Shown here piece after piece: positions 13,275 to 25,106 of a stretch of DNA of 64,000 bases. The position numbers were made by a program, and so were the translations under genes. Within the stretch, counting starts at the first letter, position 1; each line of letters opens with the position of its first letter. Source of the stretch: Puccinia triticina (taxonomy: Eukaryota); contig CP110439.1 of NCBI GenBank assembly GCA_026914245.1, positions 7,998,001 through 8,062,000 of the forward strand. Direction: 5' to 3'. The notes beneath the pieces were generated by a model. That model was given only the letters and a program-made list of their open reading frames with translations. It did no database searches and was not told where the DNA came from.

Positions 13275-13525
13275 GAAGGTTCCAGGAAGTGAATTTGATT
13301 GAGGTATCAGTTTGTTAGAAGGCCCCAGGAAGTAAAATCAATTGGGGATTCAGTTGGGTAGAAGGCTCCAGGAAGTGATTTGGATCGGGTGTCAGTTTGG
13401 TCAAAGGTTCCAGGAAGTTAATTTGATCCGGGTGTCAGTTGGGCCAAAGGTTCCAGGAAGTGTATTTGATCGAGGTGTCAGTTGGCTTGAACATTTGAGG
13501 AAGTGAATTTGATTTGGGAATCAGT
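13275..13525. repeat. About six copies of a ~41-43 bp tandem repeat upstream of the Harbinger transposase
   Basis: Recurring AAGGTTCCAGGAAGTGAATTTGAT..GGTGTCAGTT. Confidence 0.8.
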
Positions 13526-14299
13526 TGGATTGAACGCTTGGCAAACTGAATTGGGGCTCAGGTTGCTCAAGTGGGGTGAGTTGAAAAACTATGATAATTT
13601 GAATTGACTGATTTGAGTGAAAAAAGTGTGATTTAGCTATTTCAAAATCCACCTTGGTTGGGGTGATGGGTTTCAAAAACCTGTCAATTAGGAATTGTGG
13701 ATTTGGCAATTTTTGATTGACTGGTTTGTAATGGTGGATTTCTCATATTTGATACCCCCTGTTGTTTTGCTTGGTCCCTCTCTCAGTCATGTACATAATT
13801 CACTCTTTCACATGCATTTCTTAATTAGAGGGGTATGGCATTAATCTCCAATCACCAAATGCCAAATTGTTAATTAGGCAGAAGAGAAAACCTTAAAGGG
13901 CCAACAAGAGATTCAAAAGACACTGTTTTTAAAAAAAGATAGAAAAATAACAGAAGACAATGGTGAGAAGCTACCTATGTAGGATTGGAGCTAAGATGGC
14001 AGCGCTCAGCTGGGATAGATTAAGGATATTGGGGAATGATTTGAATATTTTATAATTTGTAAGAAAGGAACCCTAAAGTTATTTTTGAGATTCTCTCACG
14101 CGAGAATGTTGTTGTTAGTCGTAAGCCCCGCTTGCACCTACGGCTTGGCGGTGCCGCGGGCTTTGTTACGCTCAGGTCTACCTGAGCCTGATGTGCTGGG
14201 TGGCATCCTTACTCCAGATTCTGGGCTGCAAGGATTTCACAGGAAGTCAGGAATCCTGGGCAAGATCCTTGGAATCTGCAAGCTATGGTTGGGCCCTTA

Positions 14300-14432
14300 T
14301 GGTGCTCAAAGTTGGTTTATGCATGCATAATTCACAACTTCATGATTTTTTTTGGCAAGCTTGCAAGATCCCCTGCAAAAAAGGGTTTATGATTGTATGA
14401 TTTATGCATGCATTAATCAACTCAGAACACCA
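14300..14432. mobile_element. Harbinger-type MITE family B (TIR GGTGTTCAAAGTTG); relatives at 31566-31761, 32131-32326, about 39283-39390 and about 54796-54960
   Basis: GGTGCTCAAAGTTGG...CAACTCAGAACACC, flanked by TTA and TAA, with inner ATGCATGCAT inverted repeats. Confidence 0.7.
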
Positions 14433-14884
14433 TAATTACATTTTTCCATAAAAAACAAGACAGAAGGGAAGTCAAGAAACACAGCAGCTAAAATGACAAA
14501 TCAAATGTGTGTCAACAGTGGGCTGTGTTTGTATTGACCAGACAAAGCTATAGATGAGCTTTACTTCAAAACTGTAGAGCTAAGGAAATGATAACATCTG
14601 ACTGGAGGCACATAAGCTCATTGTGGAGAGATCAAGCCAAACTGAAATATGATAACTTATATAGTCTATATGAATATGAAAGAATATAGTGCCGAGCAAT
14701 TACTAAACATATAACATATGAAGAGGATCCGGGGAAAAACAAAGGAGATGAGGACTACTAAAGGAAATAGGAGAGGGGCGATTAGTGGTACAGTGGTGGC
14801 GGATTTTTTTTTTCAAGCGCAAGGACGATTAAGGGGTAGCAATTGAGAGAAAGAGAGAGGGAGAGAGGCACGTAAGAAGCAGGC

Positions 14885-15902
14885 TCATGTTTTTTTCTGG
14901 CGGATTTCCCACTGATTTCTATAGAGTTTATACTGGTCAATGAAGTGGGGATTGACGGCGGAAGAGAAGAGGATTTCGCCGCGAGGGTTGATATTTTTCA
15001 AGTTGATGTTCTCCTCCTTATGGTGAAGGAGGTCGGTTGGAGGCGCATTGGCAGGACGCGCAAGCGCCGATGGGCCTGGCCGCCGTCGGAAGAGCTGCTT
15101 GAATGGCTTGCCCAGTAGGCCGTCTATGAGCAGGCCCAATGATACCCGTCCGAGCAGACTCCACACTGACCCACTCTGATTCGTCCGTGTCAACGAACGG
15201 GCCGTCGAAGGTGTAATTAGAAACATGTTGAACGGTCGCAACGCTCTATTTGTTTGTGGTATAAATCTGATTAATTCCCGGTCCCAGGTTGACGAGGAGG
15301 TTTTTTTTATCAGAAGTGGCAAAAGCGGAGATTAGCAGGTCTGTGCTTCGTAAATGGGGTTTGAAACTCATAAAGCAGAAAAAATGTAAGTGACTGAACT
15401 TGTAAGCGTATGCGATTTGGTCTGTGTACATTCCAGTAGCAAAGAACAGAATCAACGTGGTAATCGAGACGAGGAAGAGTGCGACGTAGAGATAATGAAT
15501 GAGCTTATACTGTTGATCCTCAAAACAACCATCGACATCAGCATCCGTTTCATATCTGCGCTCATGAACGAAAGTGAAAAGCTTACGGGGGAGATGACGA
15601 TGAAAGTCTTGTAGGCCAGGAGAAGACTGGCAGCGATGATAGTGACCAAGAACGCTAGACACTCAACATCCCGAAGGGGCAGAAGAGAAAAAGAATAAGG
15701 GTTGGTACTTTCTAGTTAATCATCTGACAGAAGGCAGGATTAGGGTGAGAAATCAAGTGGGAGGCCAACCTTCGTATTTGATCCGTTGTCGTTGGAGGCG
15801 CTCAGCATTTTGTTTCAGACGTTCCTCGAAGACAAGTAGGTCCCTGTAGGTTTCTCTGTTGGCAGGCGGTGGGCTGAAGGTCTGATGATCCGACTGAGCC
15901 AT
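14885..15902 (-). CDS. SPO7: Spo7-like regulatory subunit of the Nem1-Spo7 phosphatase (4 exons)
   Basis: TYRDLLVFEERLKQN..RL..KYE, two hydrophobic segments, LFFATGMY..IAY, FIPQTNRALRPFN. GT-AG introns link the partial ORFs. Confidence 0.8.
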
Positions 15903-17083
15903 GTCGCGTTCTTCTTTCGTTTGTTCGTTCCGTGTCGGGTGGAGGTGATGAGGGGTGGTCGTTGCTTTCTTGCTACATGAGGCTTTCCCGAAGTTGAGCA
16001 AGTCTGGCATCCTTTCACTTTAATGGCTCGAGATCAGCGAGGACCCAGCTGACCCAGTCCCCCGGGGAGTCTGGACCCTGCCTGACCAGGTTTGACCCCG
16101 ACTGTATGCGGTACACTGTATGTACGGTCGATCAGGTGCAACAGGGTGCAACTTGACCAGGCCCATCTTGCCCTGGTTATGTATTTGCCGACCTCTAATC
16201 TTTGCCGGTCACACTCATCAACAACCAATCCTCCCATCCTCAGTTAGGGGCGGGGAGCCAAATTGTGAATCACCAGCCTCGCAGGATCAGAGATATGAAG
16301 AGGGGCAATGATGTTTTGGGACTTCGAAAAAAAGGTTCAGTGTGAACAATTATGTATGTATGGTGTTTTGATCTTGATCTTTGGTAAAGTCAGGGGGAAG
16401 AAGATGTTCATCAAAAAAATGAGTTAAGTGCATTTTCAAGGACTACTTATCAAACAATTTGATTGTTTTTATTGATTTTTCAATCCCTTGAAGCCCTTCA
16501 TTTTTCAACTCAAAGATGGGAGTTGGGACCAACCTAATGATTATGTATCTCTGTCTGGAATCAAAATCTGGCTGCAAGATTTTATTGATTAAATCAGTAA
16601 ATGGACTGCAGAAGTTTTGCTAATAGAAACAGGAACAAGATTAGAATGAGAACAATGTTGATAAACCACCACCACACACTAGGTCTTTTATGGCTAATTA
16701 AAAATAAGAATGATTAGAATAAAGCACACACACCCACTTCACATATCCTAGCTTTCCCCATCATGGGCCCTTGGCCCTCTGTTGAGGATGTTTGCAGAGT
16801 GGATAATACCACTGGAGCGGTAGCAAAGCCATTGGCGGGGTTCTGGTTAGGTTGCAGAGGGTTGGGATTCCAGTCAGGGTGCAGAGTACTATCTACAGGG
16901 ATAACAAGCTTGCAAGCTGCTTCAGGGAGTATGGAAGAGGGTAGGCTATTTAACTCATGTAACGTTTGAATAGCACAAATACTACAAGACAACTCTGCCG
17001 CACTCAGGAAAGGCACAACCTTCATTCCTGAGCACCTCCATTTTTTTGATGAGTTGGCTTGGCCTCTTCCGCTGTTCCGCCTC

Positions 17084-17299
17084 CACTGCCAGCAAAATTG
17101 GCTGGGTTGAGTTTATCCCAGTTAAACTGGGATTAACTCAACCAATTTAAACTTGGTTGATCTCAACTGATGAAATATAAATGCAAGGTACCCCCCTTGG
17201 GTTTCTATTTCATTGGATGAGATTAACCCATTTTAAATTGGTTGAGTGCATCCCAGTTAAACTTGGATGACTTCATCCCAGCCAAATATGCTGGCAGTG
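17084..17299. mobile_element. CACTG (EnSpm/CACTA-type) MITE, 216 bp; second copy at 32579-32794
   Basis: TIR CACTGCCAGCA; 3-bp TSD CTC here and AAG at the second copy. Confidence 0.9.
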
Positions 17300-18029
17300 C
17301 TCCACCTAACGCTGCCATTCTGTCCACAAGTTGACATCTGGTCTTCCATTACTGTGATCCTGGCGCTCCCGCGGTTGTTGCCCTTCTTGGTTGGACACTC
17401 ACGGGAGATTTGGCCCTGGACTCCGCAGCGGAAGCAGAGGCCCTCCTGCATCATGCAGGCCTTCTTGGAGTCAGAGAGGCGACCTTGGAATGCCTACAGG
17501 TCCATGGTGTTAGGTTCTGGTGCTGTTGGGTTTGGAGTATGTGTTCCTACGCCCGCTCTGTTGAGCTCAGCGTCAATTCTTATTGCAAAGTTGGAGATCT
17601 CCGCCACAGTGGAGCAGAGGGAGCAGGAAATAACTACTGCCAGTTGTATGTCCTTCTTCAAGCCTTATTGGGAGAGCTCAATGAGGGTCAGAACTTCCCA
17701 TCCGGCGTCAGTAGCTAGGATGATGAACTTCATGCTGTCCTCCACCACTGATCCCTTTTGTTTCAAAGCCCGTAGGATTGGGGTCAGTGTACATGGCTCC
17801 AAAAAGGGATTTGTACTCAGTGAATGTCATTGGCTTAGATTGGTCCGCCACAAGGATTTGTCCACAGAGCAGCTTGGATCACAAGGCGGCAGCTCCGGTC
17901 AGGTATGAGATGGAGAACATGATCTTGGAACGGTTGTCAGGGAACATGGCAAGGTTGGCAGCAATGTAAAGCACCACTTGAGTGCAATAAGTCTCCACCT
18001 TCTCCCCTTGTGTTTTGTCCAACTCATTG
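17300..18029 (-). pseudogene. Ty3/Gypsy-like LTR retrotransposon gag remnant
   Basis: Zinc-knuckle CFRCGVQGQISRECP, DPNTMDL motif and ALKQKGSV-type gag segment, with stops. It is interrupted by the element at 18037. Confidence 0.75.
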
Positions 18030-18993
18030 GGGATACCAACAGTGAGTCAGCTACACTAACAATAGTTGTAGCATAGCTTAGTGTTAGCTTTTTTCAGCTA
18101 CACTACAGAGAAGTTACTATTTGCTTCCATTTTTTCCAACTAACACTAAAGTATTTCCTTGAAGAAAAAAAAACAGCTTGGCTTTTAGTGTAGTGTTAGC
18201 CTGAAATTGAAAGAGAAAGTTAACACTATTCAAATTCTTTGTAATTATCATTTCAGCAATGTTAGTGTTCTAAAAAGCCAGACTAACTGTTAGTGTAGTG
18301 CTATCTGAAGTTACGCTAACTCTCAGTGTGGTGGTTGTACTTTGATTACATATGTAAACACATGTTGTGTATTTTTTCCTGAGACCAGGTTCTAATTGAA
18401 CTCAGTGGACCACAGTAGACCTCATACAGCATCAATTTTCACTCCTGATATGCTACATGAGAGTACACAACGGTCATTCAGCACTCCACACATCATTTAT
18501 AATACTCATTTATCACTTTATAACTTATCCCCCAATAAACTCCACTCATCTCTTGCTTGATTGCTACAACTCATAACTCACCCACCCTTGACAAGGGTGG
18601 GTGAGAACCATTAAAAAGAAGAGCAACAAGGGCCTTGTTTCTCTTCTTTTTAATGGTTTGGCTGCTTATATGTTTATTTCCTGTCTCATTATGATGCCTA
18701 TGACAATGGCATGAGAGATCTCAGGTAGAAATCTGCCTGGGGACTTGAAATAATTTATCATATCCATCGTAATAAGAAGAGGTAAAAAACCATCTATTTT
18801 CTTCATCCCAAAGCTTGTAACAGTGTCTGGTTTGAGTACAAAAATTCAAGTTAACCAATTTGGTTTAGTGCAATGAAGCTTGTAACTAGCGTAGCATATG
18901 TTATAACTATCTACGCTAAATGTGTGCCAAAGTTTTGTTAGATTAGAATAAGTTATGCTGATTTCTAGTTTAGTGCTCACTGCAAGAGAAACT

Positions 18994-21512
18994 CTACATG
19001 CCGGGGGTACTTCCTGGCAAGCAAGTTTGTGGATGCGATGGGCAACGCCAGCTTTGTGAAACCCACGTGGATTTCACTGTGCCCGCCGTTGGTATTACCA
19101 ACCCATCAAAAATGGGTGGAGACAACGGGATACCAAGTTTTCTCCACCCTCCGGGGGTCTTCTTGTAATAAACTCACAGTAGAGCCAACAAAACCACAAA
19201 ATTTGTCCAACAGGATTCCCACATCGTTCCCACAGACAAGGATTCCACGGCTGCCCTTGGGGTCCCGGTGGAGCCGACGGGAACCTCTACTTTTGTTCAA
19301 CAGGATATCCTTGTCCTTTCCACAGACAAGGATTCCACGGCCATCGCGTGGCTCCTGGTGCAGCCAACAAGAACACAGACTGATGGGGTCCCCACGTCAT
19401 TCCCCTGGGAAAACAGATGAGCAGTCCTGGTGGAGCCGGGCTTGCAAGTTGAACCGGCTGTTGATTCCAATTTGTCAGTCTCATCATGTAGGTTCTGACA
19501 CCTCCTGAATTCAACCAAGTCCCACGCAAGCGGCCCCTTGCAAGGGCAAAAGGACCTTGCAGACTTCAAAAAATCTCAAACAACTCTTTTCATTGAGGAT
19601 TGCTCAGACCATCTCCGCCAAACTCCTCCTTCCACCACAAGCCCTCCCGGTACCGCCTTGCCTACACCTGGATTGAGAACATTGACCACTTGGCACTAGC
19701 ACACCGTGAAGAGCTTGGATATCAGGATAATGCAAGAATGGGATGTAGAGCTCCCCCAAGGGAAGAATAAGATTGCTGAGAATGTAGAATATATATACAA
19801 AAATGATTATGTAATTGTGTTGACAAGCTAAAACTGTATAAAACCATGGCAGTTATGTAATATGTAAAGAGACCTGCCATAACACGCCGCGGCTAGAGAT
19901 GGTAGAGATCAATGAGGACTGGCCCAAGACCCTAGCAATCCTCAAGCGGCATGCCTTGCCCCACTCACCGTGCTAATTGTTGCTGGGCCCAAAAAACCCC
20001 CAGTTTAACCTCCAACAATATGGCTTGCTGCCTGGTCTCTTACCGCTCTATAAGCCTGCGACCAACAAGGAGCTCCTCAACGGTCAACCTCTACACTCAG
20101 CACCCACTGACTTACCCCTGTCTGGCTTCTCCCGCAAGATGTCCCTTACCCCCCCCCCCCCCCCCAACAACAGCAGATCTTTGACGGTGTCCGCGTCCAG
20201 CATAAGCCCTTAGATGGCCCCCACCATCCGTTAAAAAAGAGCATGGACAATGTCCATGCCGAGATACTCTGCAGAAGCTGACAGCCTCTATGTGCTTGCA
20301 AACTCAATGGTATTCCGGAGGCCCTCGCCGATCGGGGTACATGCAATCCATGTCCCGTTCTTACTGCTGCCCTTGAAGTTCTCGCGAGACCAGTTCAGAA
20401 GGCCAAAGGGTGGGCAGAATACTCATTAAGAACAAGACAATATACGGAAGGAACAATTGCTCACGTTGGGGGGACACTCTGCAGGATCTGGAAGGCCTAC
20501 AGCCAGCTCTATCTGAACATTGCTTCAGTTCAACCCCCCAACCTGATCCGCAAAGTGCTCGGGATGTTGATCGCGAAAGTGGATGGATTTGTGGGGTCTC
20601 TTTAAAAACTCTGGGAGGCGGTCAAGAGGGAGGGGGCAGCAGGCCCGCATTTTGTGCTGGGGATCTGCCAGAACAACTTTCTGCTTGACCAGGCCGAGCC
20701 TGGCCAGCAAATGCTCACCAACCAAGTTGAGTATAACACCATTAGTGTCAGCTTTGGCAGCTTAGCCTCCCAGGTCTCTGGATTACATTGGTGAGCCTTG
20801 TTTCTTTTCTCTCGTGCAGTCAAGTGCTGATCTGTTTTCTTTTTTCAGATACGTCCTTGGTTGGCTCAACAGCCCCTCTGCCGCAGCAGCTCCCCAAGTC
20901 TCCCAACCAAACCCTCTATGCTATATCTAAGGCAAGCCTAGGAGCCTGCCAACCCTGCTGACAAGGACAAAAAGGAAGGTGCCACCAGCTCTTTCTGCTC
21001 TCAGAGGCTCATCTGGTTTTCTTACTGTTTTTCCCATGGCATGTTATTTTTTTCTTTTATTTTTTATCTTTTTATCTATCATGGCCACTTGGCATGCAAT
21101 GCAGCGCGTGGTACCCTGGAGGTACCACATTCTGCTATATGTATACCCAGGTGAGGAATCAATCCATTCCATAGAAGGCTGCCCAAGCCGCAGCACCCCA
21201 AGCGTGTATGCAACGGATCACCTAATCCTGGTGGAATCCAGGAGCCACGGGGATTCCACAGATTGGGTGGTTTTTGTGAGTCGTGGTCCCAACCATCCCG
21301 TCGGTATCACGCAGAGTCCTCAGGGGGGCACGGAGAGTAGAAAGCACTCGTGGAATCCTTGGGGGCATCACAAGGTGCCCTCGTGATGGGCTTGGTGATG
21401 CCCACGAGGGCGTGTGGACCAAATGCCGCTGGTCCGACCTCGCGCACCCGTTCACCGTGGGATCCACGTGGATTTGCAGTGGGCCCCACGTGGAGGGACT
21501 CCCCAAGTGTAG
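18994..21512. mobile_element. Unclassified TIR element
   Basis: It interrupts the CACTG element relative to the sister copy. Imperfect TIRs CTACATGCCGGGGGTACTTCC and CTACACTTGGGGAGTCCCTCC; flanks ACT and ATT; CCCACG/GGATTCCAC subterminal repeats. Confidence 0.6.
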
Positions 21513-21883
21513 ATTCAAAACTGCTTGCAGTTTAGATGCAGCAAGCTTGAATCAAGCCTCAGCTCAAGCTGGAGTCAAGCGCCCAAATTCTATACCTTGT
21601 TCAGCATCCCAATACTGAACATTCTGTAGTGATCATGCAGTAGGCTGAGGTAAATGTTCAACCTTGAAAATGAGCATCCACCTGAGCACCCTTTTATTAT
21701 ATTTTATTAAACACTCAATGTGCCATTGAATCCAGCCAGAATAACATAAAAAGGGTGTGTACACATGAAAGGGATATGTACATAAGAAATGAATATGTAA
21801 GCATAAAAGGGGATTTTGAGAAGGTGTATTAACACATCAAAGGGATATTTACATATGATGGTATGCATGAAAGGGGTTTGTAT

Positions 21884-24800
21884 CAACGGTGAAACAAGTA
21901 CAATACATGTAATTGTATTTCACTGTATCATATTGGAAAAATATCAAAATAAATGTATCTGTATTGTAATTTTTTCCAAAAACTGTACACATGTATCATT
22001 GGAATTGTTTGGTGAAACCATTACAAAACATATTTATTGTAAGTGAATGTACCTGCATGAAAATACAATACAATGTATAGCCTATACAGTACATCCAAGT
22101 TTATTAAAGACACAGATTTTCCAGAATGTCAAAAAAAAATTTCATGGGTTCCCCCTAGAATTTACAAATCTCAGAAAAAAACAAACATGGGTTCCCCCTA
22201 CAAGATTAAAACAGTGAAGAAAAAAAACACGAGTCCCCCCAAAGTATAAAATACACAATCATTCAACAACTCCAATAGCCTTCCAACATCAGCAGAAGTG
22301 CTGTGCCACAGGCTCAGCCCCCAGCCTGCGTCAAGCGCACGGGTCAAAAGGACTGGCCGTGAAGGCCCCTGGCCCGCAGCAAAGACTGGTGACCAGTGGG
22401 GGCCCACTCTTTGCCCTTCAAACTGCGCACGTGCTGCAGCGGAAGGGTTGAGGGAGATGGATAGCTGGAATTTCAGCATCTCCAATCCCCCTGGGGGACT
22501 ACGACCGTCAACCCGCGCCTTTTAACCAAGACCAACCACACCGCCCCCAGTCAAAAGTAACGCCACCCCTCTCATTTCCCATTGCCATCGCCACCACACC
22601 CGCCCCAGACCCAGTTTTTATGGCTCCAACCTCCATGGAGATGGTCTCCACCACCACACCAAAACACATTGATTTGGCTTACCCCTGGTAAGCCCCATCA
22701 TTTCCCCCTGTCACGACCACCCCTTATGCGAATCAAACTTGGTCGCTCTTCATCTACAGCGTCCCTTTTGACCAATGTACCGCCGGGCCTTCGAAGCCAG
22801 TAACCCTCGGCGGCCACCCAAGCAATTCTCAAGACTCATGGGGTGACAGAAATGGACCACACCGTCGCCAGGATTCATCTTCTTCACCCGTCTACTGTCG
22901 GAGCTCGCCTGGATGTCGCTGCGACTCGTGATCAACTATCAGATGCCGCTACTGTTAATAACCTGGTAAAGGCGGGGCCTCCAGATTTACTGCTGTCTGG
23001 CGCCACACACGATCCAGAACCTGATTCTCTCGACGCCAAGCCACGAGGTCCCGCCGGAAACTGAGCTGTTACAACCGTGGAACCGCATCGACGAGTTTGA
23101 AGGAGAATCTGCAAAGGTTGAGTGTCAGCAGCGTGACCGTCTCTTCTCGGCGTCGGACGTCCTTACAGCCGGCGTCAATGACTCCGATCCACTCCTATGC
23201 AAGCTTGCGGGTGTCGCCCGGCGCCTCCTCCGAGTAGAGACACAGCGCCCATCAAGCCGGCACCCGCCCTCCCGACAATAGACCGACCGCCTCCAACGTT
23301 GCTCTGTTCAGCCCCATGGTCCGGGCTCATAGTCATGGCGGACCGGCGACTGTAAACGCGGCCCTCCAGGCAATCTCCCATAACCTCATCACCACCCCAT
23401 CCGAGCTCAACACCCTGGTCTACAACCCAAGCAGCAACAATTGAGAGGACCAAGAGACCTACTTCCAACCCTTCAATCCACTCCAAAACCATCTTCACCC
23501 TGATCAGCAGCAGCAGCATGTACGCTCTGCTAGCCCCCCTGATTCACTCATGATTATCCCCTGGAGTCCTGAGTGCGCGGCAAGGGAAATGTGAATATGT
23601 AGATGGATGATTGATTCAGCTTGCTTGATCCCTTCTGCTTGCTGACAATTGATATTGAAAATTAACCAAGCCCCCCCCCCCTTGCCTGAGGCTTTTCTAG
23701 AGGCACTTTTGTCTCATCAGGGTTCTTTGTTCCAAAAAGAGAAGTCTCACTTGATTAGCAAAAGGCAGGGATGAGAGCTGTGGGTTCCTTCAGTTCTGAT
23801 TGATTTCAATAAGCATATGTTGCATATCCCAAAGAGTTATACACTGGCAAAAACATCCATCATGTCTCTCCTGAATCAGGGTTGATTGACAAGCAACTTT
23901 TATCTAACTTAATTAAGGCCTCTGTAATTGGAAGGGTGAGACTGTCCAGTAGAGACCCTTGTCTGGTCAGCAAAACACTACCAGTGTTTTACCAACATGC
24001 AGTAAGGAAGTCTCTTCAGGTCAAAAAATATACCTCTTCCTTTGTACCATGCAGTGGTGGCTTCTGCTGCACTGAACCCCCTGAACGCAGATCATTCAGG
24101 AACTGTGAAACTGCAAGAAAAACACACTCAGCTGATCCCAATTGAAGTTGAGAGCTTGGAATAAGCTTGTGGTTCTAATCAGGTACAAAACAGGTATCAG
24201 TCAATACAGTGTATTGTATATTTTTTTTGACACAAAAGAATTTTATAGCATGTATTTTATTGAAAAAAAGATATGATACAGTTGGTATTGTGTTTTGAAA
24301 AAAACACCTCTTTTCTGGGTAATTGGGGCCTAATACAAATATCCCATCCCAGCAATCCACAATGTATAGAATCAGATTGGATCATATTGGCAACCAGATC
24401 CACATGTATTGGATTGTATTGGTGACCCAATCCAATAGAGATACAATTTATTGGAGCCCAACCCAATGTGATACCAATACCTGTATTGTATTGGTTTCAC
24501 CGTTGCCCATAGTGTATGTGATCAAACACAGGGAACTACTAGAGTTTTTCTTGACCTTCCCAGTTGGACTATTTTCTATTTTAACTTTGTTTTGACCTTC
24601 TTCCTCTCACTATGGAATCTGCACTCCAATATTGGAATCTCACCCTTGTTTGAGAATGTTTCCTCATTTTGGTGCTGGCTTTGAACCTCTGGAATGAGCT
24701 CTGTTAGATTTTAACTTTGTTCCCAACTTCCTCCTCTCACTATGGAATCTGCACTCCAATATTGGAATCTCACCCTTGTTTGAAAATGTTTCCTCATTTT

Positions 24801-25106
24801 GGTGCTGGGTTTGAACCTCTGGAATGAGCTCTGTTTGCCTTCCTTTTTAAAGAAAGGCAGCTCTTTGCATGTCATATTTATTACTTTTTGGGGTAGCCTC
24901 AGGAGGTCCATTCTGCTGTTTGATGGAATGAATAGCTGATCTGTCTGACTGATTAGCAGCCACGTAATGTATTTATCAAAAGATGAATATCTTGCACTAG
25001 CTGAGGAAGAGTGGGGAGGGGGGGGGGGGGGTGGGAGGCCTGAACCTTGGGTTTGCAGCGGCGAAGCTGCCTTGGCCTCTAGTGTATCATAATTGTTGCA
25101 GCATTG
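21884..25106. mobile_element. CAAC-type hAT derivative with an internal right end at 24505 and an outer right end at 25106
   Basis: The left TIR CAACGGTGAAAC is matched by GTTTCACCGTTG ending at 24505. The 7-bp TSD TTTGTAT lies at 21877-21883 and 25107-25113. CAATAC subterminal repeats. Confidence 0.75.
24579..24835. repeat. Tandem duplication of about 130 bp
   Basis: TTTTAACTTTGTT...CTATGGAATCTGCACTCC...GGAATGAGCTCTGTT occurs twice. Confidence 0.85.

Larger units (their letters stand above)
1504..13759. mobile_element. PIF/Harbinger DNA transposon, decayed, with three genes (Myb-like ORF, TET/JBP-like gene, DDE transposase) and nested insertions
   Basis: TIR GGGGGTATCAAATATGA..A.CCACCATTAC at 1504 and its reverse complement ending at 13759. 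The left flank is TTA; the right flank is TGT, so the TSD is not conserved. It encloses a convergent Myb-like ORF and a HARBI1-type transposase. Confidence 0.85.

Noticed and set aside
17267..17908. 213-aa plus-strand ORF
   Set aside because: It is the antisense shadow of the gag remnant on the minus strand.
22520..24170. Possible hAT transposase remnants inside the 21884 element (ASSDSRRV, AECVFLA)
   Set aside because: The similarity is too short and degenerate to call by eye.
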